Below are positions 1 through 9,018 of a stretch of 64,000 bases of DNA, piece by piece. The position numbers and the translations under genes were made by a program. Positions within the stretch are counted from its first letter, which is position 1. Each line of letters opens with the position of its first letter. Below the pieces are notes generated by a model. It saw nothing but the letters and a program-made list of their open reading frames with translations, was not told where the DNA came from and ran no database searches. The stretch is from Gemmatimonadota bacterium (lineage in GTDB: Bacteria > Gemmatimonadota > Gemmatimonadetes > Gemmatimonadales > GWC2-71-9), in contig JBDHKN010000002.1 of assembly GCA_039586365.1 (NCBI GenBank), forward strand, positions 75,124 through 139,123, in the 5' to 3' direction.

Positions 1-209
1 ACGGCGATCCCCAACGCACCTTTGCCACACCCCAGATCAAGAAGCTTGGCTAACCCAGCGGGCAGATCCAGTGGTCGGAATAGATTGACGGCCAAATGCG
101 GTGTGCTGCCAAGTGCCCACATGTCGGCCACCAACTCAGTGAGATACGGTAGGATCTCAGGACTTGCATCCATGGAGGCGGCCAGATCCTCGTCCCGCCG
201 GTCCTCCAT
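1..209 (-). CDS. Class I SAM-dependent methyltransferase (N-terminal part, runs off window)
   Basis: Not in the ORF track. Manual translation from ATG at 209 (GGAGG upstream) gives MEDRRDEDLAASMDASPEILPYL...LLDLGCGKGALGIA, which is SAM-binding motif I. Confidence 0.8.
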   Translation of the reverse strand, partial: MEDRRDEDLAASMDASPEILPYLTELVADMWALGSTPHLAVNLFRPLDLPAGLAKLLDLGCGKGALGIA

Positions 210-361
210 CCTAGATGTCGTGTCCTCCGGTCAACTCGATCACTTGCCTGGTGACCCGGCGTGCTTGCTGAGAAGCCAGAGCATCGACTAGCGACGCGCC
301 AGTGCCCGAGCTGCATCCGGTTACGAGGGCGTTCCTACTGCAAAGACCCCGAACCATCACC

Positions 362-553
362 TCAACGTGACCGTTTGAACACCGCGATTACGTCTCGCGT
401 CTGCCCCGACCCCTGGCTAGTATCGAAGACCGACACCAGTTCCCAACCGTCCCGCCCGGCCTGGTTCAGCGCCTGCTCGAGGTCCTCCTGTTTGACCTTT
501 CCGCCCAGGAACCCACCGGTCCTCAACGACACCGTCTTGTATTCCCACTGCAT
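362..553 (-). CDS. DUF4177 domain small protein
   Basis: MQWEYKTV...LNQAGRDGWELVSV...VFKR pattern; GGAGGT upstream of ATG 553. Confidence 0.85.
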   Translation of the reverse strand: MQWEYKTVSLRTGGFLGGKVKQEDLEQALNQAGRDGWELVSVFDTSQGSGQTRDVIAVFKRSR

Positions 554-578
554 TGGGTCACCTCCGCGCTTTTTGGCT

Positions 579-1424
579 CTACCTGTTGCCCTTGAGTGGT
601 GCCCTTGAGAAGCCCCGCAGCGCGGCAAGCCACTCGCGGGTCAGTAAGTCCAGCACTCTCTTGCCCTTCTCTGCAGTAGCGAGAGTTGGATCGCCGAACA
701 GACCGGTCTCCGAATACGCCGGATCTGCTGGGTCGCGTGAGAACTGACCTGGCCTGTAACCTGGATACTGCATACCAAGTGGATCGCCGTAGTCGGTGAC
801 CGCACGGTCCATCCGTACAAGATCCGGCTGCAAATAGAGGTGGATGGAAGTCTCCAATTCATCCGCGTGCCCACCTGCCCGCTGCTCCTGTATCTCCTCC
901 GCCTCGGCGGGCTCGATGTCATCCCACGATACCACCATCGTGGGCGTCCCGGTCTCGGTGCGGATTTCCCTGGCAGCAACCGAGAGCGGCAACCCGGTAG
1001 CCCGGGATATTCCGGTGTTCAGAAACACGATGCGCTTGGCACCCTGTCTGACCAGCGACAGAGCTACCTCGTGGGCGTACTCTCGGAACACCTCAGGGTT
1101 GGCCACCTCGGTACCCGGATAGTCGCGAAAGGCCGGAAACCAGCCATGCAGAATCGGCGGAGCTACGAGGACCGGGATTGAATCGATAGCCTGGCGGCAG
1201 AGATACTCCATCACGACCGCATCAGCGTTCATCGGCAGGTGCGGTCCATGCTCTTTTGCCCCCGCCCCGAACGGCACGATCACCAACGGGACCTCTCTCA
1301 TACGCTCCTCGGCATCGGGCCAACTGAGTTCGCCCAAGTAAGCGCCAGGAGCCTGGGCATTGGCGGATGTGGCAGCAGCGACGATCCACAGGAATAGAGC
1401 CAGAGATCTCGAGCCAACCAGCAT
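579..1424 (-). CDS. Creatininase family protein with signal peptide
   Basis: VPFGAGAKEHGPHLPM and GGHADELETS motifs; start uncertain (1424 or 1442). Confidence 0.85.
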   Translation of the reverse strand: MLVGSRSLALFLWIVAAATSANAQAPGAYLGELSWPDAEERMREVPLVIVPFGAGAKEHGPHLPMNADAVVMEYLCRQAIDSIPVLVAPPILHGWFPAFRDYPGTEVANPEVFREYAHEVALSLVRQGAKRIVFLNTGISRATGLPLSVAAREIRTETGTPTMVVSWDDIEPAEAEEIQEQRAGGHADELETSIHLYLQPDLVRMDRAVTDYGDPLGMQYPGYRPGQFSRDPADPAYSETGLFGDPTLATAEKGKRVLDLLTREWLAALRGFSRAPLKGNR

Positions 1425-1487
1425 CTGCTTTGATTTCTTCATCTCCTTCAGCTCCTTCATCGTCTTTTTCCCCCCGTCCCCTCCCAT
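1425..1487. repeat. Degenerate 9-mer tandem repeat (~7 units, consensus CTCCTTCAT)
   Basis: ctgctttga|tttcttcat|ctccttcag|ctccttcat|cgtcttttt|ccccccgtc|ccctcccat. Confidence 0.6.
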
Positions 1488-1488
1488 C

Positions 1489-2136
1489 CTAATCGGCTTC
1501 GAACCCAACCCCACCATGCGTCCCATCACAGAACGGTTTGTTATCTGACTCGCCACAGCGACAGAAGGATCGTTTCACCTGAAATGATTCACCGTCACCG
1601 GCATCACACAACCGGAAGCTACCGCTCAACGAAACTGGACCGTTTGGCAAGACCTTTGCCGTGAGGCGTCCCGGCTCGGTACTCTCCGCCCGCGACTCCA
1701 CCGTAAACTCCCCACCGTCGCGGAATCCGACCTTGCTGTGCTGCCCGTCGCAGAGTGGCTTGTTCTTCGAGGCACCACAGCGACACAGCGCGACCCTGGT
1801 GTCGCGGAGCAACACCGTACCGTCGCCTGCCACCAGTTCGATGTCCCCACGGAGGTAGAGTGGGCCATCTGCGGCAACGGTGACCGTGTTCTCGCCGACG
1901 GTCGCCGCCTGTTCTGCAGCCCCGGTACACTCCATCTGCAATGCGCCTGTGGGACATCGCTGGATCACCTCGGCGATTTCAGACGCCGGCGCCGCATCGG
2001 CATCCACCCAGGGCCGGCGCTTGGGATTGAACACCTCCGGCAAACCGTTCACGCACTCCGCCACATGAATGCACCGCTTGGTATCATAGAGGACCTTGAT
2101 CTCTTCGCTGCCGAACTCGAACACTCTGCTCTCCAT
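1489..2136 (-). CDS. Ferredoxin-like (4Fe-4S) domain fused to two CDGSH iron-sulfur domains
   Basis: CIHVAEC...CPTGAL followed by CRCGASKNKPLCDGQH and CRCGESDNKPFCDGTH. Confidence 0.9.
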   Translation of the reverse strand: MESRVFEFGSEEIKVLYDTKRCIHVAECVNGLPEVFNPKRRPWVDADAAPASEIAEVIQRCPTGALQMECTGAAEQAATVGENTVTVAADGPLYLRGDIELVAGDGTVLLRDTRVALCRCGASKNKPLCDGQHSKVGFRDGGEFTVESRAESTEPGRLTAKVLPNGPVSLSGSFRLCDAGDGESFQVKRSFCRCGESDNKPFCDGTHGGVGFEAD

Positions 2137-2181
2137 ACGTCAACTCCTTCTCGCATTCTTCATCTTCTTCCCCCCTTCTCA

Positions 2182-2340
2182 CTACTCCACTGTCCGCCTC
2201 ATATGCGCCGCCGCATCCGGAGTCTTGCAGCCTGTCTCTCAGGTGATCCACCTCTACCTCGCTATTCTCTTTGCTGCGGCAAGAACCTTCTTCTCCATCT
2301 GCTTGTGTCGGATGCCTAGTGCAATCGACCTCCGGTTCAT
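2182..2340 (-). pseudogene. C-terminal fragment of a DNA alkylation repair (AlkD-like) protein
   Basis: Across two frameshifts it reads MNRRSIALGIRHKQMEKKVLAAAKRI / EVEVDH / ETGCKTPDAAAHM, matching the recalled family tail IG-V-VDHG-TGCKTPDA. Confidence 0.7.
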
Positions 2341-2344
2341 GGCG

Positions 2345-2683
2345 TCACGCACGACCGTACCGGTGTTTCAGGCTCTTGTTTCTGAACACGAGAGCCGAGG
2401 CGAACGTGAACGCTGCTACCACCGCGAGGATGACAGCCATGCGAAGCCACGGTTCTCCGGCGGCCTGCCTCCTGGCCGCGATGGCCACCAGTGTCCGGAT
2501 CCACTCGATGCCGGCGAGCACCAATGCCACCTGCGCAGCCCGGGCCACCCACTGCCGACGCACGAGTAGGATGAGTGGGAATGCTAGGCTCAACAGAGTG
2601 AGAGCTGTGTTGTCCGCGCGAGAGAAGTGAGCGGCAATGAGGAGTGCGCTCAAGAGTACCGGAAGCAGCCGTCCGAAGTTCAT
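2345..2683 (-). CDS. Hypothetical 4-TM membrane protein
   Basis: Hydrophobic 112 aa ORF with AAHFSR and GEPWLR motifs. Confidence 0.7.
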   Translation of the reverse strand: MNFGRLLPVLLSALLIAAHFSRADNTALTLLSLAFPLILLVRRQWVARAAQVALVLAGIEWIRTLVAIAARRQAAGEPWLRMAVILAVVAAFTFASALVFRNKSLKHRYGRA

Positions 2684-2889
2684 CTCAGCGGTTTCACCTC
2701 TCTAGAACGGGGAAACATCACGACGATCATGACCACAACCACGGTCGAGCCACGCAATGACATGTGCCCCCTCCTAACGTCCGCGGGATCGGTAGATATG
2801 CGACGTGTGGGATTGATGGAAGACCATACGAAATCGTAAGAGGGCGCCAGCCGGGAGAGCCGACTCGGCCTTCTTCGGTCACCCAACGG

Positions 2890-3249
2890 CTAAATGGTCT
2901 CGAGATTCTCCCGGGTACGCTCGTTTCGCTCTTTGCCCGTGTTCAATGTGGAAGCCGGCTCGAACAGGAGAACGTGGGTCTCGCCGCATGCCACGGGCAG
3001 ATGCTCGACGCCACGTGGTACGATGAAGAACTCACCTTCCTCCAAGATCACATCCCTATCGCGAAGCTTGATCGTAAGCTGCCCATGCAACACCAGGAAC
3101 AGCTCGTCCTCCTGGTCGTGCGTGTGCCAGATGAATTCGCCCGCGAGCTTGGCCAGCTTCACCAATTGCCCATTCAGCTCCCCCACAATGCGGGGATTCC
3201 ATGTATCCGAGAAGAGGCTCAGCTTCTCCTTGAGGTTGACCTTCTCCAG
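2890..3249 (-). CDS. Cupin domain protein (probable CTG start)
   Basis: GEFIWHTH...DELF...VPRGVEH cupin motifs. The family-like N-terminus EKVNLKEKLSLFSDTW extends to CTG at 3249, with GGAGGT 5 nt upstream. Confidence 0.85.
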   Translation of the reverse strand: MEKVNLKEKLSLFSDTWNPRIVGELNGQLVKLAKLAGEFIWHTHDQEDELFLVLHGQLTIKLRDRDVILEEGEFFIVPRGVEHLPVACGETHVLLFEPASTLNTGKERNERTRENLETI

Positions 3250-3291
3250 CTAACACCTCCTGGGTGCTATAGGGTGCAAGGTGGCCGGGAC

Positions 3292-3333
3292 AGAGTTCAA
3301 CGTTCGAACTTCAGAGTCCGAAGTTCGAAGTTC
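3292..3333. repeat. Degenerate 7-mer tandem repeat (6 units) containing a perfect 10-bp hairpin
   Basis: AGAGTTC AACGTTC GAACTTC AGAGTCC GAAGTTC GAAGTTC; stem TTCGAACTTC (3303-3312) / GAAGTTCGAA (3320-3329). Confidence 0.7.
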
Positions 3334-3334
3334 A

Positions 3335-4570
3335 TCACTCACTCACCCACTTCTCCATGAATCGTTGTCCTTCTTCTTTCTCGTCCACCAAAGCCTGGAA
3401 GATTGCCCTCAGGTGTTCATAAGGAAACGTGCCGATGATCATGCGGTTGTTGACGATCATCGTCGGCGTCGAGCGAATTCCGTGTTCGAACCGGTCCGAC
3501 GTCTTGTCGTACTCCGCCCCAGTCTGGATCATCCGCTGCAGCATGTCCATCGTGGTTGAGTCGGTGAGCGCCTCCTCGACCTGGTACCGTCGCCCGAGCT
3601 CCTCACGCCATTCGGGCGTGCGTGCGGCTCTGAAGTTGTCCCAGATCTCGTCGTGAATATCCAGGAACTTCGCCGGGTCGTGGATCGCCATCAGGGAGAC
3701 GTCACACGCGCCGGGGTGCAGGTCCTTGTCAACCACATCATTGCACTTGCCCTCAAGCGGGAACATCTGGAACGCGATGTTAATCCTCCCAGCAAACTCC
3801 TCCTTGAGCCTGTCAAGCTGCTCCGCGAGGTAAAGGCAGTCGGGGCACAGGAGATCGGCGTACTCAACGACCTGTATAGGAGCGTCCTCGAAGTTCTCCG
3901 TCGCCTTGGCGGTCCAGTACGGTGAGATAAAGCTGGGCCAAGCCACTTCGGGAAGACTGTAGAACTGCTCCACTACTTGTGCAGCCATTCCGACCTGTGC
4001 CTGTTCCTTGGCAACGTGATGCTCCCTGAAGCCGTATGCACCGCCTAGCATCAAAACCCCGAATACCGCGACGTGCTTCAGAGAGGGGTGGAAGAACCTG
4101 GCGAAGACACCGGACCTGTCACCGTCGATACCGTACTTCCAAAACAGGATGAAGCTGGCGATCGAGCAGACGTAAAAACCACTGCACAACAGGCACAAGC
4201 TCCCGAGGTAGAAGACGGAGAAGAGAAGCAGCACCACGACGCCAACCACGTTGACCAGTGAGATCGTCTTGTTGGTTCTCTCCAATGCCTCGGACGGGAG
4301 GATCGCGCCAATGCACACCAGCAAGCCCACGAACATCCCGAAATAGCCCAGCGGCACCCTACCTATGGCGGAGATGACGGAATACGCCGAGCTGTCGCAG
4401 TTGAAGAACGCATTGATGTCGCAGAAGGAACCTTCGAATATCGATTCGGGGAAGTTCGCGGCAAAGTAGTGTTCTATCGTCATGATCGACGCCACCACCA
4501 TCCCAACGCCAAATAGAAAGCTCAGCGCTCTGCGCCAAGTGTTCCCCTGGAGTGTAAGAGTCTGCTGCAC
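3335..4570 (-). CDS. VKOR-DsbA/thioredoxin fusion (disulfide bond formation)
   Basis: VKOR cysteines CDINAFFNC and CLLC in the TM domain; DsbA-like CPDC and STPT cis-Pro loop. Confidence 0.9.
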   Translation of the reverse strand: MQQTLTLQGNTWRRALSFLFGVGMVVASIMTIEHYFAANFPESIFEGSFCDINAFFNCDSSAYSVISAIGRVPLGYFGMFVGLLVCIGAILPSEALERTNKTISLVNVVGVVVLLLFSVFYLGSLCLLCSGFYVCSIASFILFWKYGIDGDRSGVFARFFHPSLKHVAVFGVLMLGGAYGFREHHVAKEQAQVGMAAQVVEQFYSLPEVAWPSFISPYWTAKATENFEDAPIQVVEYADLLCPDCLYLAEQLDRLKEEFAGRINIAFQMFPLEGKCNDVVDKDLHPGACDVSLMAIHDPAKFLDIHDEIWDNFRAARTPEWREELGRRYQVEEALTDSTTMDMLQRMIQTGAEYDKTSDRFEHGIRSTPTMIVNNRMIIGTFPYEHLRAIFQALVDEKEEGQRFMEKWVSE

Positions 4571-4675
4571 GGTGACCTCCTAATGGACCACACCAATTGT
4601 ACTGGCGCGTTCGAGATCGCGTCCGACAAACAGGTTAATTAATCGTGAAGAAACCTTGAGGCGTTACCCGCCGTT

Positions 4676-5341
4676 TCACTTTGCGTAGAGCGCGTTGACT
4701 GTGACTCTGCAACCTGTCTCAGTTGGAGTCTCGACAGTCTCACTGGGTGCGACCGGCCGGAGTCCGTGCAGGGCCATCTCCGCATCCAGTTCGTCGGCCT
4801 CTAGCAGAAACACCGGGCCGGCCTCGAATCCCTCGTAAACGTGGGGCTTACCGGCCACAGGTTGAACGCCCTGTCCTTTCGGGTCTGTTCGCGGCGTGAA
4901 GTTGGCGACCAAAGCCAATCCACCTGCCTTGAGAACCCGCGCCGTCTCGGCGAGGGCCTGGTTCCACTGTTCACGGGATGTCGAGTTGTGGTACAGCCCC
5001 AACGCCACGACCAAATCGAACGACTCTGGAGGGAAGCGGCTCAGGTCTTCCATAGCACCAATGGTTACTCGGCGTTCAGCTTCTTCCCTCCCCACGCTGG
5101 CAGCGACTCGCTCCCGAGTGCGTTCCACCATCGCGTGAGAAGTATCCAGCGCGTAGAAATCGAATCCCTGTCCAGCGAGTACGACTGTGTTCCTTCCACC
5201 GGCGCACCCGAGATCCAGGACTCTCGTTTCCGCCGGTACCTTACAGACCGACAACAGCTCCAACAGCCGCCGATCCGCCTCTCGAACTGAAAACCTCTCG
5301 ACCTGTTCCGGGTCTTCCCAGAATGGGGACGGATCAGGCAC
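4676..5341 (-). CDS. Class I SAM-dependent methyltransferase
   Basis: VLDLGCAGGRN and FDLVVALG; GTG start overlaps the upstream stop. Confidence 0.85.
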   Translation of the reverse strand: MPDPSPFWEDPEQVERFSVREADRRLLELLSVCKVPAETRVLDLGCAGGRNTVVLAGQGFDFYALDTSHAMVERTRERVAASVGREEAERRVTIGAMEDLSRFPPESFDLVVALGLYHNSTSREQWNQALAETARVLKAGGLALVANFTPRTDPKGQGVQPVAGKPHVYEGFEAGPVFLLEADELDAEMALHGLRPVAPSETVETPTETGCRVTVNALYAK

Positions 5342-5945
5342 CCCTCGCGCTCCAGCCTCTTTCTGCCCCGTACTTCGAGTTCTCAGTCGGATCCGTCGGC
5401 AGTTCGTCCGCCGACACATCGACGAATCCGTCAAGTCGGGCTCGCGCTCCCTTCATGGCCACAATCACATCCGACTGCACAGCTTTGGAGTTGACGTGCA
5501 TTGACTGGATGCGCCCCTCCCCCACATCGACAAGCAAGTCCAACGCCAGTGCCAGGTACTCCTTCGGGTAAGGCAACGAGGACTGGGGTCTGAACTGACA
5601 CGCTGCGAAAGCCTGGTTGTCATCTGAGAGGAGTTGGCTGTAGCGTCCCCACAGATCAGCAGCTAACCGGAGGTGCTTCTGCTCGTTGGCGTCCAGTACC
5701 GCGGGTGGTTCATCGTGTCCCAGCAGCGGCCTGGTCTTGAGCCATGCTACCTTGAGCTCTAGGACCTGCGCCTCACTATGCCGGTTGCTCCCGCGGGCTT
5801 CCGCTGCCAAGTGGGAAAACCGGTTGGCTAGCAAGTCTTGCGGATCAGGCAGCTCCTTCTCGGTCCGGGGCGCCGGTATCGGACGGTTCTGGCGTATCAA
5901 CACCCAGACCAAGGCCAATATCAAGACGACTAGAATCCATATCAT
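5334..5945 (-). CDS. Hypothetical protein with N-terminal membrane anchor
   Basis: 203 aa ORF, hydrophobic N-terminus, stop overlaps the next start. Confidence 0.65.
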   Translation of the reverse strand: MIWILVVLILALVWVLIRQNRPIPAPRTEKELPDPQDLLANRFSHLAAEARGSNRHSEAQVLELKVAWLKTRPLLGHDEPPAVLDANEQKHLRLAADLWGRYSQLLSDDNQAFAACQFRPQSSLPYPKEYLALALDLLVDVGEGRIQSMHVNSKAVQSDVIVAMKGARARLDGFVDVSADELPTDPTENSKYGAERGWSARGA

Positions 5946-5962
5946 AGACTTCTCTTCATTGA

Positions 5963-6476
5963 TTATCCACCGCCATCATTTTCACTAAGTTCAGCATAGC
6001 CGATCGAGGGATGACCCAAGAGCCTCTGCAGTAGGCCCAGTTATCCAATGTGATACGATTCGTGGTGTAGCAGGAATGCTATCCCTCCCAGCACTCTGTT
6101 ATCGTCGATGGGGAACTTCTGCTCGGACACAGCCTCAAGATCTTCCTGTGAGAGTTGCGTGAGGGACTCAACGACGTGACGCGTGACATCCTGCCACACA
6201 ATCCGCAGCTCGGGTAGCGAAGGGAGTTGAATCGTGTCGGCTGATATTGCGTACGGGCTCCAACTCCTGTGGAAGAGGATTCGGGAAGCTGTCGCTCAGA
6301 TATTGTGCCATGAAGTGTCGCGCATCGACGATGTGAGTCACCACGAAGCTGACACTGTTCGTGCCCTCCCTAGACTGGGGTTGCACTTCTTCTTCACTCA
6401 GACCGTCCAGACAATTCAAGGCAAGACGGGCGCCCAGATCCAAGGCTGCGACTTGTGTCACAAGCAGGGGATTCAT
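5963..6476 (-). pseudogene. DinB family protein, frameshift plus premature stop
   Basis: N-terminal THIVDAR. After a frameshift near 6240 it reads LPSLPELR...AFLLHHESYHIG*LGLLQRLLG, with TAA at 6041-6043 in place of the expected Gln. Confidence 0.85.
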
Positions 6477-6490
6477 CAGCTACCGCACAT

Positions 6491-6709
6491 TCATCTGTGA
6501 TGAATCGAGCCACGCCACAGAATCCACAGCCAGGCAACCAAGGCCAGCAACCCGATCAGCAACCACACCAACTCGCCGGGACGGCCCAGTCTCCGCAGTC
6601 TGGTCGCGATTACTCTGCTCCAGCCCTCCAACCGTCGGGTGATCCTCGCGGCCCAGGTCTTGAAACCGATTAGCGAGACAATGCGATCAGGCATAGCGTT
6701 TGAAAGCAT
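6491..6709 (-). CDS. Small hypothetical membrane protein
   Basis: GGAGG RBS; C-terminal hydrophobic helix. Confidence 0.5.
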   Translation of the reverse strand: MLSNAMPDRIVSLIGFKTWAARITRRLEGWSRVIATRLRRLGRPGELVWLLIGLLALVAWLWILWRGSIHHR

Positions 6710-7067
6710 GGGACCCTCCGCTGTTATACTACTACAGTATAGTCGTCAGACAGGTGCGTCTTGCGCCGACCGCCCCCGTGTGGAACCCACAGCAATCATA
6801 GACTCACTTCAATCTTCACACTCACTGCTCTCCAGCAAGTAACGGCCAGACTGACTGCAGAGTCTCCCGCGGACCTCGACAGACAAAGATCACCAGATCG
6901 CGCTCCTCAGCGACAGGTTTCGCGGACCGTCGTGCGGATCCGACACCTGAATGTCAACCGTAAGCGCCATCACGGTCTTGGGGTGGTGGGGACTCCCCAG
7001 GGATTGGGTTCTCGACAAGCGCAACAAGCGTTGGGGCTATCTTCGTTCGACTTAGAAACGACATCGC

Positions 7068-7856
7068 TCACCGCCTTTCTGTTCTGGTCCGCTGTATCGC
7101 GGCCATCTCCACCAAGCGTCGCAGTTCCTCAATCGGGTTTTCGTGATCGTCCACCTGAAGCCGGAGCACAACATCGTTATTCAGCCACACACCACCATCT
7201 TCGTTGACGATCAGCATGGCGGCGGACTGCATGCCACGTTTGTCTCCTCCAGCTGCCTGGCCAGCCTCCAGGGCGGCCAGTAGTCGAAATGACAGGTGGC
7301 CCTCGGTCTCCTCGAAGGCGCGCACCATTTCGTCAACCACAGCGGGGCCAGCCAGGATGTTGCCTTGTGCGGAGCAGTATTCCCCGATCTTGTGTCCGGC
7401 CCAGTCGCTAGCCTTGGGACCGGTGTGGGTGGCTACCTCACCACTAGCATTCATGACCGAGAACTGTCGTCCCTCTTCGGGCCAGCGCTCGGGCAGCGGA
7501 TCAGGATCGTCATCCAGGATCTTTCGTACGATCTCGGCGGGCGCCATATCATTAAAAAACAATTGCAGGCCCGGCGGTCCGTAGCTCACGACGACCCAGG
7601 CTTGGGTGGCCACCGCCCCGACTCCGGCTTCCCCCCAAATCACACCATTCCCTACAGAAAAGACCCTCGACTGAACAGCTGCCCCTATCTCACCAGTCGC
7701 CGGATCGTAGCCCAGTATCGAGAACGTCGCGACGGGAGACCGAGCATTTCCTCCCGCAATCGTGTCTTGCTGAGCCACTACCGCAGCCAATGGTGTAAGC
7801 GCCAGCAGCAGCGCGACCCCACTGGCCCGGCCGCTGCAGGTTTGTGGTGTCTTCAT
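7068..7856 (-). CDS. DUF1028 family (Ntn-hydrolase-like) secreted protein
   Basis: TFSILGYDP...GAVATQA...QGNILAG...GGDKRG.QSAA...LQVDDH; GGAGGAG RBS. Confidence 0.9.
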   Translation of the reverse strand: MKTPQTCSGRASGVALLLALTPLAAVVAQQDTIAGGNARSPVATFSILGYDPATGEIGAAVQSRVFSVGNGVIWGEAGVGAVATQAWVVVSYGPPGLQLFFNDMAPAEIVRKILDDDPDPLPERWPEEGRQFSVMNASGEVATHTGPKASDWAGHKIGEYCSAQGNILAGPAVVDEMVRAFEETEGHLSFRLLAALEAGQAAGGDKRGMQSAAMLIVNEDGGVWLNNDVVLRLQVDDHENPIEELRRLVEMAAIQRTRTERR

Positions 7857-7918
7857 GAATACTCCTCCAGTGGCGTCGATCGGTCCGCTTCGACTAGTCA
7901 CAGTTCTGCGCTCCCCGT

Positions 7919-8452
7919 CTACTCACCGAGTTCAATGAACCTGGGCGCATGATCCCCGGCCCTCAGAAAACGGACGAAATCATCGGCACCGATGTTCGTG
8001 GTCATGGCGTTGTCCAAAGGGTGGAAGTTCAACGTTTCCACCGCGCGGAGTCTTTGATCCAGTACCACGCTCACATGACCACCCTTGTCATTGATGATTG
8101 CAAACGGCGTCACAGCACCCGGGATCACACCCAGATACTTCATGAGGCGATCGGCGCTGCCGAATGAGAGACGACCGGCACCCAGCCGTTCACCCAGATC
8201 CTTGAGATCCACCTCACGGTCTTCAGGACACACAACCAGCCACATGACACCATTCTTATTGCGCAAGAAGAGGTTCTTAGTATGGCATCCGGACAGCTCT
8301 CCACGAAGTGCTTTGGCCTCATCGACCGTGAATACCGGAGGATGTTTCGTGGTACGGCTTTCTATCCCGAGTTCCTCCAGCATACAGAACAACTCCTCGG
8401 GCTTAGCTGGACTTGAGCCGTCCACGAGCCGGGCTTCACCAGGTCCAGTCAC
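7919..8452 (-). CDS. YbaK/ProX prolyl-tRNA editing domain protein
   Basis: HPPVFTV, KNLFL, LGVIPGAVTPFA and NFHPLDN motifs. Confidence 0.9.
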   Translation of the reverse strand: MTGPGEARLVDGSSPAKPEELFCMLEELGIESRTTKHPPVFTVDEAKALRGELSGCHTKNLFLRNKNGVMWLVVCPEDREVDLKDLGERLGAGRLSFGSADRLMKYLGVIPGAVTPFAIINDKGGHVSVVLDQRLRAVETLNFHPLDNAMTTNIGADDFVRFLRAGDHAPRFIELGE

Positions 8453-8494
8453 CGATGCACCGTAGCGCCATCGACCTCACCGGTGAACAACACC

Positions 8495-8782
8495 TCAGAC
8501 GCCTTGCACGACAATCATGTTGCTTTCAGCGGACTCATACCGGATCCACTTCGCTTTCCCGTACGCGTCCGAATCCCACCACTCTCTGGCACGTTCAGCC
8601 GTTGGGAACTCAAGCACCACTACCCGCCCCGGTTCCCATTCCCCTTCGAGAACCTCCGCTGCACCACCCCGTACGACGTACCTACCGTCATAGGCTGTCA
8701 CGGTCGGAGCCGCAAGCTTCTTATACTCCTCATATCGGATGGGATCCTTGACCTGAATGTCCACTATTATGTAGGCTGCCAT
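8495..8782 (-). CDS. DUF1330 domain protein
   Basis: AYIIVD...GRYVVRGG...LEG...VVLEFP...WWDSDAY. Confidence 0.9.
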   Translation of the reverse strand: MAAYIIVDIQVKDPIRYEEYKKLAAPTVTAYDGRYVVRGGAAEVLEGEWEPGRVVVLEFPTAERAREWWDSDAYGKAKWIRYESAESNMIVVQGV

Positions 8783-9018
8783 GGTTCACTGCTCCGAGAT
8801 TTGGTCTATCGCGTAAACCAAGCCGTCTGCGCACAGTGCTACGTGGCCCAGTCCGGCTGGCACCGGTGCTTCTTTCAGCCGCTCGGGAAACCCCTCAGTG
8901 AGAATATCGGCATAATAACAATCCATGAGGGGCAAGTTGGGGACATCGATCCGAGAGACCCCGCACCGCAGTTATTCATGTCTCGCACATCCGGTCTGTT
9001 CTCGCCGTTTCCCTGCAA

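Noticed and set aside
301..315. 11-mers shared with spacers near 20396 (CCCGAGCTGCA) and 34750 (AGTGCCCGAGC)
   Set aside because: They are too short to separate from chance in GC-rich DNA.
8838..8980. Possible selenoprotein read-through (…FPSG-TGA-KKHRC…) on the minus strand
   Set aside because: There is no recognisable family, redox motif or clear SECIS, and another frame explains the region at least as well.
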